From an uncultured Gammaproteobacteria bacterium (GTDB lineage Bacteria; Patescibacteriota; Microgenomatia; Curtissbacterales; GWA2-41-24): DNA of 64,000 nt. The stretch covers positions 12,468 to 76,467 of the forward strand of contig CAZBKB010000005.1 in assembly GCA_964492425.1 (NCBI GenBank), given 5' to 3'. Both the position numbers and the translations under genes were made by a program. The notes under the pieces are model-generated. The model saw nothing but the letters and a program-made list of their open reading frames with translations, was not told the origin of the DNA and did not search any database. Positions 49,506 to 60,103 of this stretch are shown here, piece by piece. Each line of letters starts with the position of its first letter. Within the stretch, counting starts at the first letter, position 1.

Positions 49506-50540
49506 ATGTTTCAAATTCTTGGATTAATCCTTCTCTCGTTTTTTACAGTAAGCATACTTTCTGTTCCTTTTATTAATTTCCTTTATAAAATAAAATTCCA
49601 AAGACAAAAACAAAAAACTACTGATATATTCGAGGGAAGAACAGTAATATTTGATAAACTCCATGCGCACAAAGCAGGCACACCTGTTGGTGGTGGCGCA
49701 TTAATTATCTTTGTTGTCACCGTCCTGTATTTATTTATTATTTCAACCATGCCTTATTTAGGAATGGCAAGAACAGCTGTTTATCCCTATAGCAAAGAAG
49801 TACAAATCCTACTGTTTACATTCCTTTCATTTGGCGTCCTTGGACTCTATGACGATCTTCGTAAAACATTCGGTTTCAAAAGAGCAAATTTTTGGGGGAT
49901 TCGCGCAAGATTCAAATTTATAGCACAGTGGGTTCTGGCATTTATTATTGCATCTACCCTATATTTTTCCCTTGGTATTGATATTGTCAACGTAAGATTT
50001 TTTGATGTTATGAGTTTAGGTTATTTTTATATCCCATTTGCCGCATTTGTGATTGTCTCATTTACAAACGCCGTAAATATTTCAGATGGCTTGGATGGGC
50101 TGGCATCAGGGCTGCTTTTAATTTGTATCACTGCATTCCTTGTAATATCCGGAGCAATTTTAGACACAACATTATCTGTATTTTTGGGTCTTTGGATAGG
50201 TGCGCTCATTGCCTTTTTATACTTTAATATCTGGCCGGCTCGTATTATTCTTGGTGATGTCGGAGCCCTCTCATTCGGTGCGACTTTAGCTGTTGCCGGC
50301 TTGATTTTGGGAAAACCAATTGCATTAGTTCTGATTGGGGGCATGTTTGTTGTAGAGGTAGCATCATCTGCTGCACAGCTTCTGTCAAAAAAAATTCGCG
50401 GAAAAAAATTATTTGAGGTTGCACCACTACACCTTTTAGTCCAACACAAAGGTTGGGAAGAGCCAAAAATCGTATCCCGTTTCTGGCTGGCGCAATTAAT
50501 TTTAGCAGTGCTGGGTCTTTGGCTATCATTTAAAAAATGA
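49506..50540 (+). CDS. mraY: Phospho-MurNAc-pentapeptide transferase
   Basis: K.GTP.GGG, DD, NAVN.SDGLDGL, GD.G, APLH, WEE.KIV.RFW. Confidence 0.95.
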   Translation: MFQILGLILLSFFTVSILSVPFINFLYKIKFQRQKQKTTDIFEGRTVIFDKLHAHKAGTPVGGGALIIFVVTVLYLFIISTMPYLGMARTAVYPYSKEVQILLFTFLSFGVLGLYDDLRKTFGFKRANFWGIRARFKFIAQWVLAFIIASTLYFSLGIDIVNVRFFDVMSLGYFYIPFAAFVIVSFTNAVNISDGLDGLASGLLLICITAFLVISGAILDTTLSVFLGLWIGALIAFLYFNIWPARIILGDVGALSFGATLAVAGLILGKPIALVLIGGMFVVEVASSAAQLLSKKIRGKKLFEVAPLHLLVQHKGWEEPKIVSRFWLAQLILAVLGLWLSFKK

Positions 50541-50568
50541 TTTCGGCCTCATTAAATCTAATTTAATA

Positions 50569-51915
50569 ATGACTAGCAGAAAAAAAGTTATTGTTTTAGG
50601 TCTCGGTATCGAAGGTTTATCACTAGTCAAATATTTTTCCAAAAATTACGAAGTATCAGTTTTTGATGAAAAAGTAGAAAGTGATATTGAAAAACAAGCA
50701 ACAGAAGCAGTCAAAGGATATGGTGCTAAGCTTTATTTAGGCAATATAAAAAAGTTACCGAAATTTGATATTATAGCCCGTTCCCCAGCAGTTAGGCCAG
50801 ATTATCCACTGATTTCAAAATTAACAAAAAAAGGGTCTTTATTAACCAGTGCTACAAAAATATTTTTCAACATATGCAAAGGAGAAATAATTGGAGTTAC
50901 AGGCACCAAAGGCAAAGGTACTACCTGTACTCTAATCTATAAGTTGTTAAAAACTCAATACAATAATGTTCATCTTGCGGGCAATATTGGTATCCCCATG
51001 CTGGACATATTGCCTAAAATTAAAAAGTCTTCCAAAGTCGTTTTAGAACTTTCCAGTTTTCAATTAATGGACTTGGGAAAAAGTCCCCACATTGCTGTAG
51101 CTTTAATGGCTACATCAGAGCATTTAAACTGGCACAAAGATCAAAACGAATATTTAAAAGCAAAAAGTAACATTTCAAAGTATCAAAATACAACCGACTA
51201 TGCTGTAATCAATGCCGATTTCCCAAAATCAATAAAGCTCACAAAAGAAACAAAAGCAAAAAAATATTTTTTTTCAACCACAAAAGAAACAAATGGTGTA
51301 TACGTAAAGTCAAATAACATTATATCAGCTATCGGTGAACAAGAGCGAGTCTGTACAGCTACAGAAGTTCTTCTTCCTGGCAGACACAATTTGCAAAACG
51401 TTCTTGCAAGTTGCACTGTTGCAAAAATCTATGGCATAACTAGCAGCAATATACGAAAGGTTTTAAAAAATTTTAAAGGATTGGAACACAGACTGCAGCT
51501 TGTAGCCACAAAAGAAGGTGTAAAGTATTACAACGACTCATTCTCTACAATACCCGAAACAACAATTGCAGCAATGGAAGCATTTAATGGTCCTAAAATT
51601 TTAGTCCTTGGTGGATCCTCAAAAAATTCTGATTTTAGAAAATTAATTAATAAAATCGAAACTACTTCAACAGTAAAAAACATAGTCCTTATAGGAAAGG
51701 AGAGTATCAGGATAAAAGGTTTAATCAAAGATGACCGAACGAGAAAAAAAATAATAACAGGGCTGAATTCAATGGCAGAAGTTGTTACAAAATGTAAAAA
51801 TTTATCAAAATCTGGAGATATCGTATTGCTTTCCCCCGCTTGTGCATCTTTTGATATGTTCAAAAATTATAAAGATCGCGGAAATCAGTTTATAAAAGCA
51901 GTCAACCTATTATGA
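50569..51915 (+). CDS. murD: UDP-MurNAc-L-Ala--D-Glu ligase
   Basis: TGTKGK.TT, GNIG, ELSSFQL, HRL, NDS, LSPACASFD.F.NY..RG. Confidence 0.95.
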   Translation: MTSRKKVIVLGLGIEGLSLVKYFSKNYEVSVFDEKVESDIEKQATEAVKGYGAKLYLGNIKKLPKFDIIARSPAVRPDYPLISKLTKKGSLLTSATKIFFNICKGEIIGVTGTKGKGTTCTLIYKLLKTQYNNVHLAGNIGIPMLDILPKIKKSSKVVLELSSFQLMDLGKSPHIAVALMATSEHLNWHKDQNEYLKAKSNISKYQNTTDYAVINADFPKSIKLTKETKAKKYFFSTTKETNGVYVKSNNIISAIGEQERVCTATEVLLPGRHNLQNVLASCTVAKIYGITSSNIRKVLKNFKGLEHRLQLVATKEGVKYYNDSFSTIPETTIAAMEAFNGPKILVLGGSSKNSDFRKLINKIETTSTVKNIVLIGKESIRIKGLIKDDRTRKKIITGLNSMAEVVTKCKNLSKSGDIVLLSPACASFDMFKNYKDRGNQFIKAVNLL

Positions 51916-53033
51916 GAGTTGATCAAGGAAGGTTACGGCTAAAATCGCAGCGCAAACAGTTAGACATGCCGCTTGTCATTTCAACTGCCGCACTTATTTT
52001 AATTGGTTTAATAATAATATATGACGCTTCTGTGGTTGCAGCTTACCGTGATTTTAACGATAAATTCCATTTTTTTGCTAACCAACTAATATGGGCAATG
52101 GTCGGTACTTTTTCATTAATTTTCTTCACTTTTTTCGATTACAAAAAAATTATAAAGATTGCACCTTATATATTCTTGGCAAGTTTCATATTATTGCTTC
52201 TTGTACTCGTACCATTTATAGGTACAGAAGTTTTGGGGGCAAGGCGTTGGATAAATATAGGTACTTTTACTTTTCAGCCATCGGAATTTGCCAAACTTGC
52301 TGTTGTTTTTTATGCAACTTATATAATTTCAAAATTTGAAAATTTCAAAATGCGCTTAAAGGATACTTTAATTGTTTATTTTTTACCAATATTTTTTGTT
52401 ATGTTGTCAGTTGTTATTCAACCGGATTTAGGCACGGCACTTATTTTTTTTGGCGTTGCTGCCATAATATATTTTACAGCCGGAGCTCCCATCATTCACT
52501 TTTTACTTACGGCACCCTTTTTAGTGCTGGCAGTCATAGGTGCAATAATTACTCACCCTTACAGAATAGAACGTATAAAAGCTTTTTTAGACCCAAGCTA
52601 CGATCCACAAGGATCCTCATACCATATTAATCAAATAATCATTGCGCTGAAAACTGGCGGCCTATTTGGAGTAGGTCTAGGTTCATCAAGGAGTAAATTT
52701 GAGTTCATTCCCGAAGTCCATAGCGATGCTATATTTGCAGTTGTAGTCGAAGAAGTAGGTCTAGTTGGTGCACTAATACTTATATCAATATTTATTTTTT
52801 TAATAACAAGAGCAATAAAAATTGCCAGAGAATCATACGATTATGAAAGTAAAGTTTTAGCAAGTGGCATAGTGGCGCTCATTGCCACGCAAACTCTTAT
52901 TAATCTTTCAGCCATAGTTGCCCTAATACCCCTCACGGGCGTTCCCCTCCCTTTTATTTCCTATGGAGGCTCATCTCTTTTTGTGACATTAACTGCCATA
53001 GGTATCTTACTAAATGTAAGGAGACAATCATGA
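51912..53033 (+). CDS. ftsW: SEDS peptidoglycan polymerase
   Basis: GARRW, QPSEFAK, QPDLG, PE.HSD, TGVPLPFISYGGSS. Confidence 0.95.
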   Translation: MRVDQGRLRLKSQRKQLDMPLVISTAALILIGLIIIYDASVVAAYRDFNDKFHFFANQLIWAMVGTFSLIFFTFFDYKKIIKIAPYIFLASFILLLLVLVPFIGTEVLGARRWINIGTFTFQPSEFAKLAVVFYATYIISKFENFKMRLKDTLIVYFLPIFFVMLSVVIQPDLGTALIFFGVAAIIYFTAGAPIIHFLLTAPFLVLAVIGAIITHPYRIERIKAFLDPSYDPQGSSYHINQIIIALKTGGLFGVGLGSSRSKFEFIPEVHSDAIFAVVVEEVGLVGALILISIFIFLITRAIKIARESYDYESKVLASGIVALIATQTLINLSAIVALIPLTGVPLPFISYGGSSLFVTLTAIGILLNVRRQS

Positions 53034-54121
53034 AAAAAGTTTTAATCTGCGGCGGTCACCTAACACCTGCGCTAGCAGTTATAGAACAGTTGAAAAGAGA
53101 AAAGATTGAAATAATCTTTATCGGTCGAAAACATTCGATTGAAGGTTCGAAGAATCTCTCAACAGAATTTGTAAAAATTAAAGCTCTAAATATTAAGTTT
53201 TTACCACTTTTAACAGGCAGACTTCAAAGAAAAATCACCACCCATACGTTTATCTCAATCATTAAAATTCCAATAGGTCTGCTTCAAAGTTTTATTTATC
53301 TTCTTCTCAACAAGCCCAATGTGGTTGTTTCTTTTGGGAGCTATCTTTCAACCCCGGTTGTCATTTCTGCATGGCTTCTGGGTATACCATCCATAACCCA
53401 CGAACAAGCAACAAAGATTGGTATCGCCAACAAAATAAATTCTCTCTTTACTCGCGAATTTTACTCTGCTTGGCAGCTGCAAGGATTAGACAGTCGCTCA
53501 GTAATTGGCAACCCTACTAGGCTTTGCATTTATCAAAAATCAGCAAAAAATAAACGTATACAACAATTTCTAAAAACTAATAAAAAAATTCTCTATATTA
53601 CGGGGGGAAATTTAGGCTCTCACTATATTAATAGAATAATTTTTGAAAGCCCAAAGAGGTTAAAAGAATATAAGATTATCCATCAACTTGGTAATGCAAA
53701 TTACAAAGGAGATCACCAGACGGCAGGAAAAATTAATGATTCAAACTATTTTGCCCTTCCTTATATAGAGGACTCGGATATAGGTGCAGTTCTCAACTGC
53801 GCACATATTGTTGTATCAAGGTCTGGCGCCAATACTATCTGGGAACTCGCGCTCCTTAAAAAAGTTTCGCTTTTAATTCCCTTGCCATTTGCAGGTGCAA
53901 AGGAGCAGGAACATAATGCAAAGGTGCTGGAAGAAGCTGGTTCAGCTCTCATAATTCATCAAAAAAATCTAACACTCCAGACCTTGGAATCTGGCCTAAA
54001 AGAGATTAGTGCCAATTATGCAAAATACACAAAGAACGCGCACAATTTTTCTGGCAAGCTTAAAAAAGACGCAGCAACTGTTCTTAAAAATCATATTCTT
54101 AAATATCTGAAAAATGCTTAA
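53030..54121 (+). CDS. murG: Lipid II GlcNAc transferase
   Basis: GGH..PA, HEQ, GNP.R, GG..GS, SRSGA.T, EQ..NA. Confidence 0.93.
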   Translation: MKKVLICGGHLTPALAVIEQLKREKIEIIFIGRKHSIEGSKNLSTEFVKIKALNIKFLPLLTGRLQRKITTHTFISIIKIPIGLLQSFIYLLLNKPNVVVSFGSYLSTPVVISAWLLGIPSITHEQATKIGIANKINSLFTREFYSAWQLQGLDSRSVIGNPTRLCIYQKSAKNKRIQQFLKTNKKILYITGGNLGSHYINRIIFESPKRLKEYKIIHQLGNANYKGDHQTAGKINDSNYFALPYIEDSDIGAVLNCAHIVVSRSGANTIWELALLKKVSLLIPLPFAGAKEQEHNAKVLEEAGSALIIHQKNLTLQTLESGLKEISANYAKYTKNAHNFSGKLKKDAATVLKNHILKYLKNA

Positions 54122-54800
54122 AAAAGTCTTTTTTTTAACCCTCGTCTTAATCCCACTCACATTAGGTTTGTATGTACTCAAAAGCTTTACAAAACTAAAA
54201 ACGCTCGAAATTAAAGGTGGAAATACTTGTATAAACCAATCAGAAGTTTATAAAAAAAATAAAATTCTCAATCAGAACCTATTCATATTGTCAGAGGAGC
54301 TACTTGAGGAGAAAATAAAAGAGGAATTTCCTTGCACGACAGCTGTAAAAGTTACAAAAGACTTTCCTTCCACCATAATTGTTAATGTGCAAACTTCCGA
54401 GGTTATAGTTGAGATATCAGACAAGCCCTTCAGTCTCACAAGTGAAGGTTTAGTTACTAAAAGCCAAAGTGGCAATAACCTCCCAAAACTTTTTTTGCCA
54501 CAAGAGGTAACTGTCGAAGAAAATAAGAAAATCGGAAGCGAAAAAGTCCTATTCGCCTTAAGGCTTCTAAAAGGTCTTTTAAAATCGGATTTTACTCCGA
54601 CCCAAGTAAGATTTATAGACGACATAGATATTATTGTCTATAGCCAGACAGAAGCCAAAGCAATTTTTACAACGACCAAAGACCCCAATGTTCAGGTTGA
54701 CTCTTTACAGTCTGTCTTGGCAAAAGCTAAAATAGATGCGTCAAAAATCTCACAAATTGATCTGCGCTTTAATAAGCCCGTGATTACTTACAATAAATAA
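54114..54800 (+). CDS. ftsQ: FtsQ/DivIB-like protein
   Basis: N-terminal TM, POTRA-like K.FP.T, C-terminal IDLRF. Confidence 0.8.
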   Translation: MLKKVFFLTLVLIPLTLGLYVLKSFTKLKTLEIKGGNTCINQSEVYKKNKILNQNLFILSEELLEEKIKEEFPCTTAVKVTKDFPSTIIVNVQTSEVIVEISDKPFSLTSEGLVTKSQSGNNLPKLFLPQEVTVEENKKIGSEKVLFALRLLKGLLKSDFTPTQVRFIDDIDIIVYSQTEAKAIFTTTKDPNVQVDSLQSVLAKAKIDASKISQIDLRFNKPVITYNK

Positions 54801-56077
54801 TGTCTAAAGATAAAGTAATAGTTGGCATAGATGTTGGCTCCACGAAAATTACGACCATTATCGCATCTATCCAAGAAGATGAAACTCCAAATATCATCGG
54901 TGTATCTTCCTCTTCCGCTGGGGGTCTGAGAAAAGGTCAAGTTGTAGATATCGATGAAGCAGTAGCTAGCATAACGCAGTCGCTCGAAAGTGCAGAAAGG
55001 ATGGCAGGTTACTCAGCAGGCTCAGCTTTTGTTTCGGTTGACGGTGTACACATAGAATCACAAAACTCCAAAGGAGTTGTAGCAATTTCGAATCCCCAAG
55101 GGGAAATATCAGCAGAAGACATTACTCGTGTAATTGAAGCAGCGCGTGCAATTTCACTACCGTCTTCAAAAGAAATATTACATGTTATCCCAAGGTATTT
55201 TATTGTTGATTCCCAAAGCGGCATTAAAGACCCAATTGGCATGAACGGCGTGCGCTTGGAAGTAGAAACACACATTGTCACTGGCGCTACAACTGCTCTC
55301 AGAAACATAGCCAAATGCGTTTCTCAAGTAGGCGTAAATGTGGAAGGTATGGTTTTTTCGGGACTGGCTTCATCGTATTCGGTTCTGTCAGACACGGAAC
55401 GTGAACTTGGAGTTGTGTTGGTGGATTTTGGTGGAGGCACAACTGATGTTGCCATATTCATAGACGGTGCACCTGCACATTGCGCTGCTCTGCCAGTAGG
55501 AGCCAGAAATGTCACCAATGATTTGGCAATAGGTCTCAGGATCTCACTCGAAAGTGCAGAAAAGATTAAACTGGCGCTTTCCAAACCTCCCAGAACAGCA
55601 GTAGAACCAGATGAAAACGGTAAGGCTCATGATAAAAAAGAGTCAGATAGCCTGGATATTTCCGGACTTTCAATAGAAGAAGACCTGAAGTTAGTTTCCA
55701 AAAAAACATTAACAGACGGTATTATCAAACCAAGACTTCGAGAAATTATCAACATGGTGAAATTGGAATTACAAAAATCTGGTTACGCAGGACTTACCCC
55801 CTCCGGAGTAGTTTTAACAGGTGGTGGAGCGCAGACCGCTAACTTTGTGGAAATTGCCAGACAAGAGCTTGGCATGCCGGTACGCCTTGGTGTCCCGCAA
55901 GGGGCCAAAGGCCTGATAGACGAGATATCTACACCAGCCTATGCTGCCGGCTTAGGGCTTATTATTTACGGATCAAGTTTCAGCCAGGAAAATGTACGTT
56001 TGCCACTTGTTGGTAGAATAGAAATTAAAGGTGTTATGGCCAAAGGCATAAGTCTTATAAAATCACTTCTCCCATGA
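54800..56077 (+). CDS. ftsA: Cell division protein FtsA
   Basis: GIDVGSTKI, D.GGGTTD, AE.IK, VLTGGG. Confidence 0.96.
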   Translation: MSKDKVIVGIDVGSTKITTIIASIQEDETPNIIGVSSSSAGGLRKGQVVDIDEAVASITQSLESAERMAGYSAGSAFVSVDGVHIESQNSKGVVAISNPQGEISAEDITRVIEAARAISLPSSKEILHVIPRYFIVDSQSGIKDPIGMNGVRLEVETHIVTGATTALRNIAKCVSQVGVNVEGMVFSGLASSYSVLSDTERELGVVLVDFGGGTTDVAIFIDGAPAHCAALPVGARNVTNDLAIGLRISLESAEKIKLALSKPPRTAVEPDENGKAHDKKESDSLDISGLSIEEDLKLVSKKTLTDGIIKPRLREIINMVKLELQKSGYAGLTPSGVVLTGGGAQTANFVEIARQELGMPVRLGVPQGAKGLIDEISTPAYAAGLGLIIYGSSFSQENVRLPLVGRIEIKGVMAKGISLIKSLLP

Positions 56078-56148
56078 GCTAAAACTCTTGCAAATAAACA
56101 GCCCCTGTGTTAAATTGTGCAGGCTTTTAGCACTAACTTCATGATTCC

Positions 56149-57252
56149 ATGTTAATTAAACCCGATGTCAACAGATTCGCAAAAATAAAAGTGCTTGGAA
56201 TCGGCGGCGGTGGAACAAATGCCCTAAATTCCATGATTACTCAATCACAAATTCAAGGTGTAGATTTCGTCGCTATCAACACTGATCAACAGCATTTACT
56301 TGCATGTCACGCTCAGACAAAAGTGCAGATAGGTGATGGCTTAACCAAAGGCCTAGGTGCTGGTGCGAATCCAGAATTAGGTAAGAAGGCGGCCGAAGAG
56401 TCCCTTGAGCGAATAAAAGATGTTGTAACCGGAGCTGACATGGTTTTTTTAACATATGGTTCCGGTGGTGGAACAGGTACCGGAGCTGGCCCGGTAATTG
56501 CCGAAATGGCAAAAAAACTTGGTATTCTTACAGTTGCAGTAGTTACCAAACCATTTGGTTTCGAAGGCACAAGAAGAATGATAGTCGCAGACGAAGGTAT
56601 AGATGCACTCAGAGACAAGGTCGATACTCTTATCGTAATCCCCAACCAAAAACTTTTGGAAGTTGTTGACAAAAATGTGTCGCTTCTCGAAGCATTCAAG
56701 CTTGCAGATTCAGTACTTTCACAAGGAGTACAGGGAATCTCCGATATTATAGTAATGCCTGGTTTAATCAACGTAGATTTTGCAGATGTTAAGGCGATCA
56801 TGATCAATGCCGGTTCGACTTTAATGGGCGTCGGCACGGCATCCGGTGAAAACAGGGCAGCGGCAGCGGCTAGATCGGCTATCGCATCACCACTTCTTGA
56901 TGCATCAATAGATGGTGCCAGAGGAGTACTTTTTAATATCACTGGCGGATCAGACATGACCATGAGTGAAGTTGATGAAGCAGCCAAAGTTATCACGACC
57001 CAGGCAGACCCGGATGCGCAGATAATTTTTGGTGCAGCAATAGACGAAAAGTTAATTGACCAGGTTAAGGTAACAGTTGTGGCAACAGGTTTCGACGAAA
57101 CTAGGAGAAAGTATGTACAGATTACACCTCCAGACCTTTCGATGATGCCACAAAGTCAACAATCAGACGACCAAATCGATAAGTCGCCTACTAACGGCCA
57201 GATAGATGATGACGAATTCGACGTTCCCACATTCCTGCGTCAGATAAGATAA
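56149..57252 (+). CDS. ftsZ: Cell division protein FtsZ
   Basis: GGGG.NA, GGGTGTG, NVDFAD, C-terminal DVPTFLR. Confidence 0.98.
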   Translation: MLIKPDVNRFAKIKVLGIGGGGTNALNSMITQSQIQGVDFVAINTDQQHLLACHAQTKVQIGDGLTKGLGAGANPELGKKAAEESLERIKDVVTGADMVFLTYGSGGGTGTGAGPVIAEMAKKLGILTVAVVTKPFGFEGTRRMIVADEGIDALRDKVDTLIVIPNQKLLEVVDKNVSLLEAFKLADSVLSQGVQGISDIIVMPGLINVDFADVKAIMINAGSTLMGVGTASGENRAAAAARSAIASPLLDASIDGARGVLFNITGGSDMTMSEVDEAAKVITTQADPDAQIIFGAAIDEKLIDQVKVTVVATGFDETRRKYVQITPPDLSMMPQSQQSDDQIDKSPTNGQIDDDEFDVPTFLRQIR

Positions 57253-57383
57253 CTTCTGTTTAAGTTTCCAAAGTAAGTAAAAGACTGAAGGGTGCTAACA
57301 ATATATAGCACGATTCCCTTGTCATAACAGGCAATAGGGGAGTTTGGTACTTGCGGAACTCGTTGTTCCAATAGGCTAATCGC

Positions 57384-57472
57384 TTGAATTAAGAGAAGAA
57401 AATTGCTAGAATAATAGCTACATTCCTCGCAAGAATCCTTCTCAGCCGCAAGTTGCTCCCCGAAAGGGAGCA
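57384..57472 (+). promoter_or_regulatory. Integrase promoter and structured 5' UTR
   Basis: TTGAAT-17-TAGAAT; hairpin TGCTCCC-CGAAA-GGGAGCA covers the GGGAG and the A of ATG. Confidence 0.6.
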
Positions 57473-58488
57473 TGCATATTTCAGAAAAGGACTTCAAGTC
57501 TTTTATAACTGTAAAACAGAACTTGGCACCACAATCCGTGAGGCATTGTTTAAGTCGTCTCGGCATCATCAACAGGTGGTTTGCAGACAAAGACCTGAAC
57601 AAAGACAATGTCGAGAAGTTTTATATGGAGCTTAAAGCCAAAGGCTTAAAAAATAATTCTCTCAATACTTATCACACAACATTCAGTCAGATTAGAAATT
57701 ACTGCCTAGATAGAGGGCTTCCAGCCGATTTCTATAGCGGCTTTAAGGCATACAAGAAGACAAAACCGGACATACTTGTTTTTACCCCAGAAGAAATTGA
57801 AAAAATAATAAGCACAGAACTTACTTACGGAAAGTTTTACGGCAAAGATGTTTCTTTCTTAAACTTCAGGTACAGAACGCTCACTATGTTTCTTGCATAT
57901 ACAGGTTGCAGATATTCAGAAGCAGCAGACCTCCAGATAAAGCGGCTAGATTTGTCTGCTGGAAGGGCCATTTTTATAAATACTAAAACAAACGAAAATA
58001 GGCCTGCCTATATAACTGAACCGCTTAAATCAAATCTTATGCAACTAGTAGATGGTAGAACTCCAGATGAATTTGTTTTCAGAAACGCAGTCGAAAAGCA
58101 CATTCATGTCTCTGACTATAGTGCAGACCTGAAAAGGCGTGCTAGGACTGCTGGTGTTACCAAAAGAACATTTCCACATAACTTCAGGCACACTTATATA
58201 ACACTTATGCTCGAGGCGGAAGTGCCAATAACAGAAGTGGCATCACTTGTTGGTCACAAGGACATCCAAACCACATACGATACATATATGCATCTCGCGG
58301 ATAGGACTTTGCAGAAAGCTGCCATGAGGCACCCGCTAGTTAGGAGAAATGTAAACCCAGCAGAAATAGTAAAAACTGTCAAAGAAACCCTTGAAAGTCT
58401 TCACCTAGAGAACGACGCAAGGTTTACCTTCAGCCTTTCAGAAACATCGAACGGATTGCAGTTTTCTCTTCAAACAAAGAACGAATAG
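57472..58488 (+). CDS. Tyrosine recombinase/integrase
   Basis: TGCRYSE (R), TKT (K), HNFRH (HxxR), GH, Y all present. Confidence 0.93.
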   Translation: MHISEKDFKSFITVKQNLAPQSVRHCLSRLGIINRWFADKDLNKDNVEKFYMELKAKGLKNNSLNTYHTTFSQIRNYCLDRGLPADFYSGFKAYKKTKPDILVFTPEEIEKIISTELTYGKFYGKDVSFLNFRYRTLTMFLAYTGCRYSEAADLQIKRLDLSAGRAIFINTKTNENRPAYITEPLKSNLMQLVDGRTPDEFVFRNAVEKHIHVSDYSADLKRRARTAGVTKRTFPHNFRHTYITLMLEAEVPITEVASLVGHKDIQTTYDTYMHLADRTLQKAAMRHPLVRRNVNPAEIVKTVKETLESLHLENDARFTFSLSETSNGLQFSLQTKNE

Positions 58489-58520
58489 GGGACTGAATCA
58501 GTTATAATTCAATCCCCTTT
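58487..58520 (+). terminator. Hairpin after integrase stop, possible terminator
   Basis: AGGGGACTGAAT...ATTCAATCCCCT followed by TT, between convergent genes. Confidence 0.5.
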
Positions 58521-58560
58521 CTCAGCTCGCAAGCTACTCCGCCTGAATTCCTCGCAAGAA

Positions 58561-58725
58561 TTAATTGGGTAGCTTTTCCTGTTCTATTAACAACTCCAAG
58601 GCCCGTTCGGTAAATGTTTTAAGCGTCTCTCGCTTTTTTACTGCCTCAAGTTTGGCAACCTGATGCAGTTCTTTGTCTATTCTTATTTGCTTGGTTTGTT
58701 TTATGTCGATTTGTCGATTGTTCAT
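58561..58725 (-). CDS. Small ribbon-helix-helix-like DNA-binding protein (54 aa from MNNRQ)
   Basis: KQIRIDKELH..AK..A......L..F.ERAL pattern; the longer 58875 start is doubtful. Confidence 0.6.
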   Translation of the reverse strand: MNNRQIDIKQTKQIRIDKELHQVAKLEAVKKRETLKTFTERALELLIEQEKLPN

Positions 58726-58941
58726 GTTATTTCGGAGGGCCCCTAGAACCTTCCCTCCCTCGCTCCCTCTGGGAATATACATAGTTAAATTAGCTATATA
58801 TATCTTGCTGCCACCCAGAATCTTGTCTGGGTCAAAGGCTGCACATTCCCGTCGGTCGCTTCGGTCGGTCGCCACTAATCTTCAGCTAGTTTTATTTTTA
58901 GTCGCCTAACTACTCGTAGCGGTCGAGCCCTCTGCGACAAT

Positions 58942-59017
58942 AAAAAAACACCGGGACGAAATGAATTTCTTCATCTCGTTTTGCCAGTGTTTGGGTCGAA
59001 AAATGCTTTCTCGACTT
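58942..59017 (-). ncRNA. Candidate about 76-nt structured RNA or attenuator leader
   Basis: TTGACA-17-TATAGT (59052-59024), two hairpins, then a T7 tract. Confidence 0.5.
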
Positions 59018-59330
59018 AAATCGACTATAACTCAAATCGACACAAATGTCAAGTTTAGCCTATTCGGACAACATAATTGTAATAACTTACAGACCATGAA
59101 AGAGGTTATTAGTTTTAGCAGAAACACTTGAACAGATTTAAGGATTTCTGTACCTTTAATGTGTCGAAATACCTCCCATATATCTCTATATAGTTTATGA
59201 ACTATGTATTATCTCTTATACATAATATATATTATGATGCGTGTGCCTAGAGCGTCGCCATCTAAATTAAAAAAGGTACTAAACTATCAAGGACTAACCG
59301 ACCAGTTCTTGTTATAATCATTACACCTCT

Positions 59331-60101
59331 ATGAATATCTCTGATTTAAAACTTTTTGCAGAAAGCAACGATATAAAAATGGCAAATCAGAGCACAATTG
59401 CATCGGAAGCAGCAGACATTATTACGAAACGATATAACTACAGCCTTGATGCTATTAAAATTAACTTTGATAAGCTTTTGTATGAAACAGAAAGAGAAAC
59501 TTACAAAGTTTATTTGAAATATCAGAAGGAATACGGGAAAAAAGTATTTGACAAATTCACAGCAGAGTTAATAAAAAACAAAGAATTAAAACAACTCGGA
59601 GAAGTTGGTGAAGTTTTAGGTAATTATTTCGAAGTTTTTGATAAGTTTTTTCTTTCTTTAGCACAATCTAGGAAAGCCCGAGCTGGTAAGTCTTTTGAGG
59701 CTATACACAATGCATTATTTAAAGAACTGTCTTATCCATTCGATGAACAAAGGGTGATAAACGGAAAGCCAGATTTCATTATGCCCTCATATGACCATTA
59801 CATGAATAATGCACCAGACTGCATTATCTTTACTGCAAAAAGAACGCTAAGAGAAAGGTGGCGACAAATTGTAATAGAAGGTACTAGAGGTTTGGGCTTT
59901 TTTCTTGCGACAATCGACGAAAACATAAGTGCAAACCAAGTCTTAGAGGCACACAACAACAGAATCTTCATAGTCTGTCCAGAAATAATTAAGAAGGAAA
60001 AATATTCAAATGCAATTAATGTATTAAGTTTTACCCAATTTTTTAAAGATTATCTTGACCCAGCATTAGCAAGATGGAAAAGGAATGAGATAGTTTCATA
60101 A
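59331..60101 (+). CDS. Type II restriction endonuclease, EcoRII C-terminal/PspGI-like
   Basis: [26 protein letters not shown]. Confidence 0.85.
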   Translation: MNISDLKLFAESNDIKMANQSTIASEAADIITKRYNYSLDAIKINFDKLLYETERETYKVYLKYQKEYGKKVFDKFTAELIKNKELKQLGEVGEVLGNYFEVFDKFFLSLAQSRKARAGKSFEAIHNALFKELSYPFDEQRVINGKPDFIMPSYDHYMNNAPDCIIFTAKRTLRERWRQIVIEGTRGLGFFLATIDENISANQVLEAHNNRIFIVCPEIIKKEKYSNAINVLSFTQFFKDYLDPALARWKRNEIVS

Positions 60102-60103
60102 AT

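Noticed and set aside
56313-56996. 227-aa antisense ORF, and similar ones at 42073-42639 and 50027-50449
   Set aside because: Shadow frames of ftsZ, murE and mraY
57253-57420. tRNA or tmRNA integration target after ftsZ
   Set aside because: Small hairpins only; no cloverleaf, T-loop or CCA end recognised
58726-58875. N-terminal extension of the 104-aa minus-strand ORF
   Set aside because: Runs through repeat-like GTCGGTCG sequence; only the last 54 aa look like a protein domain
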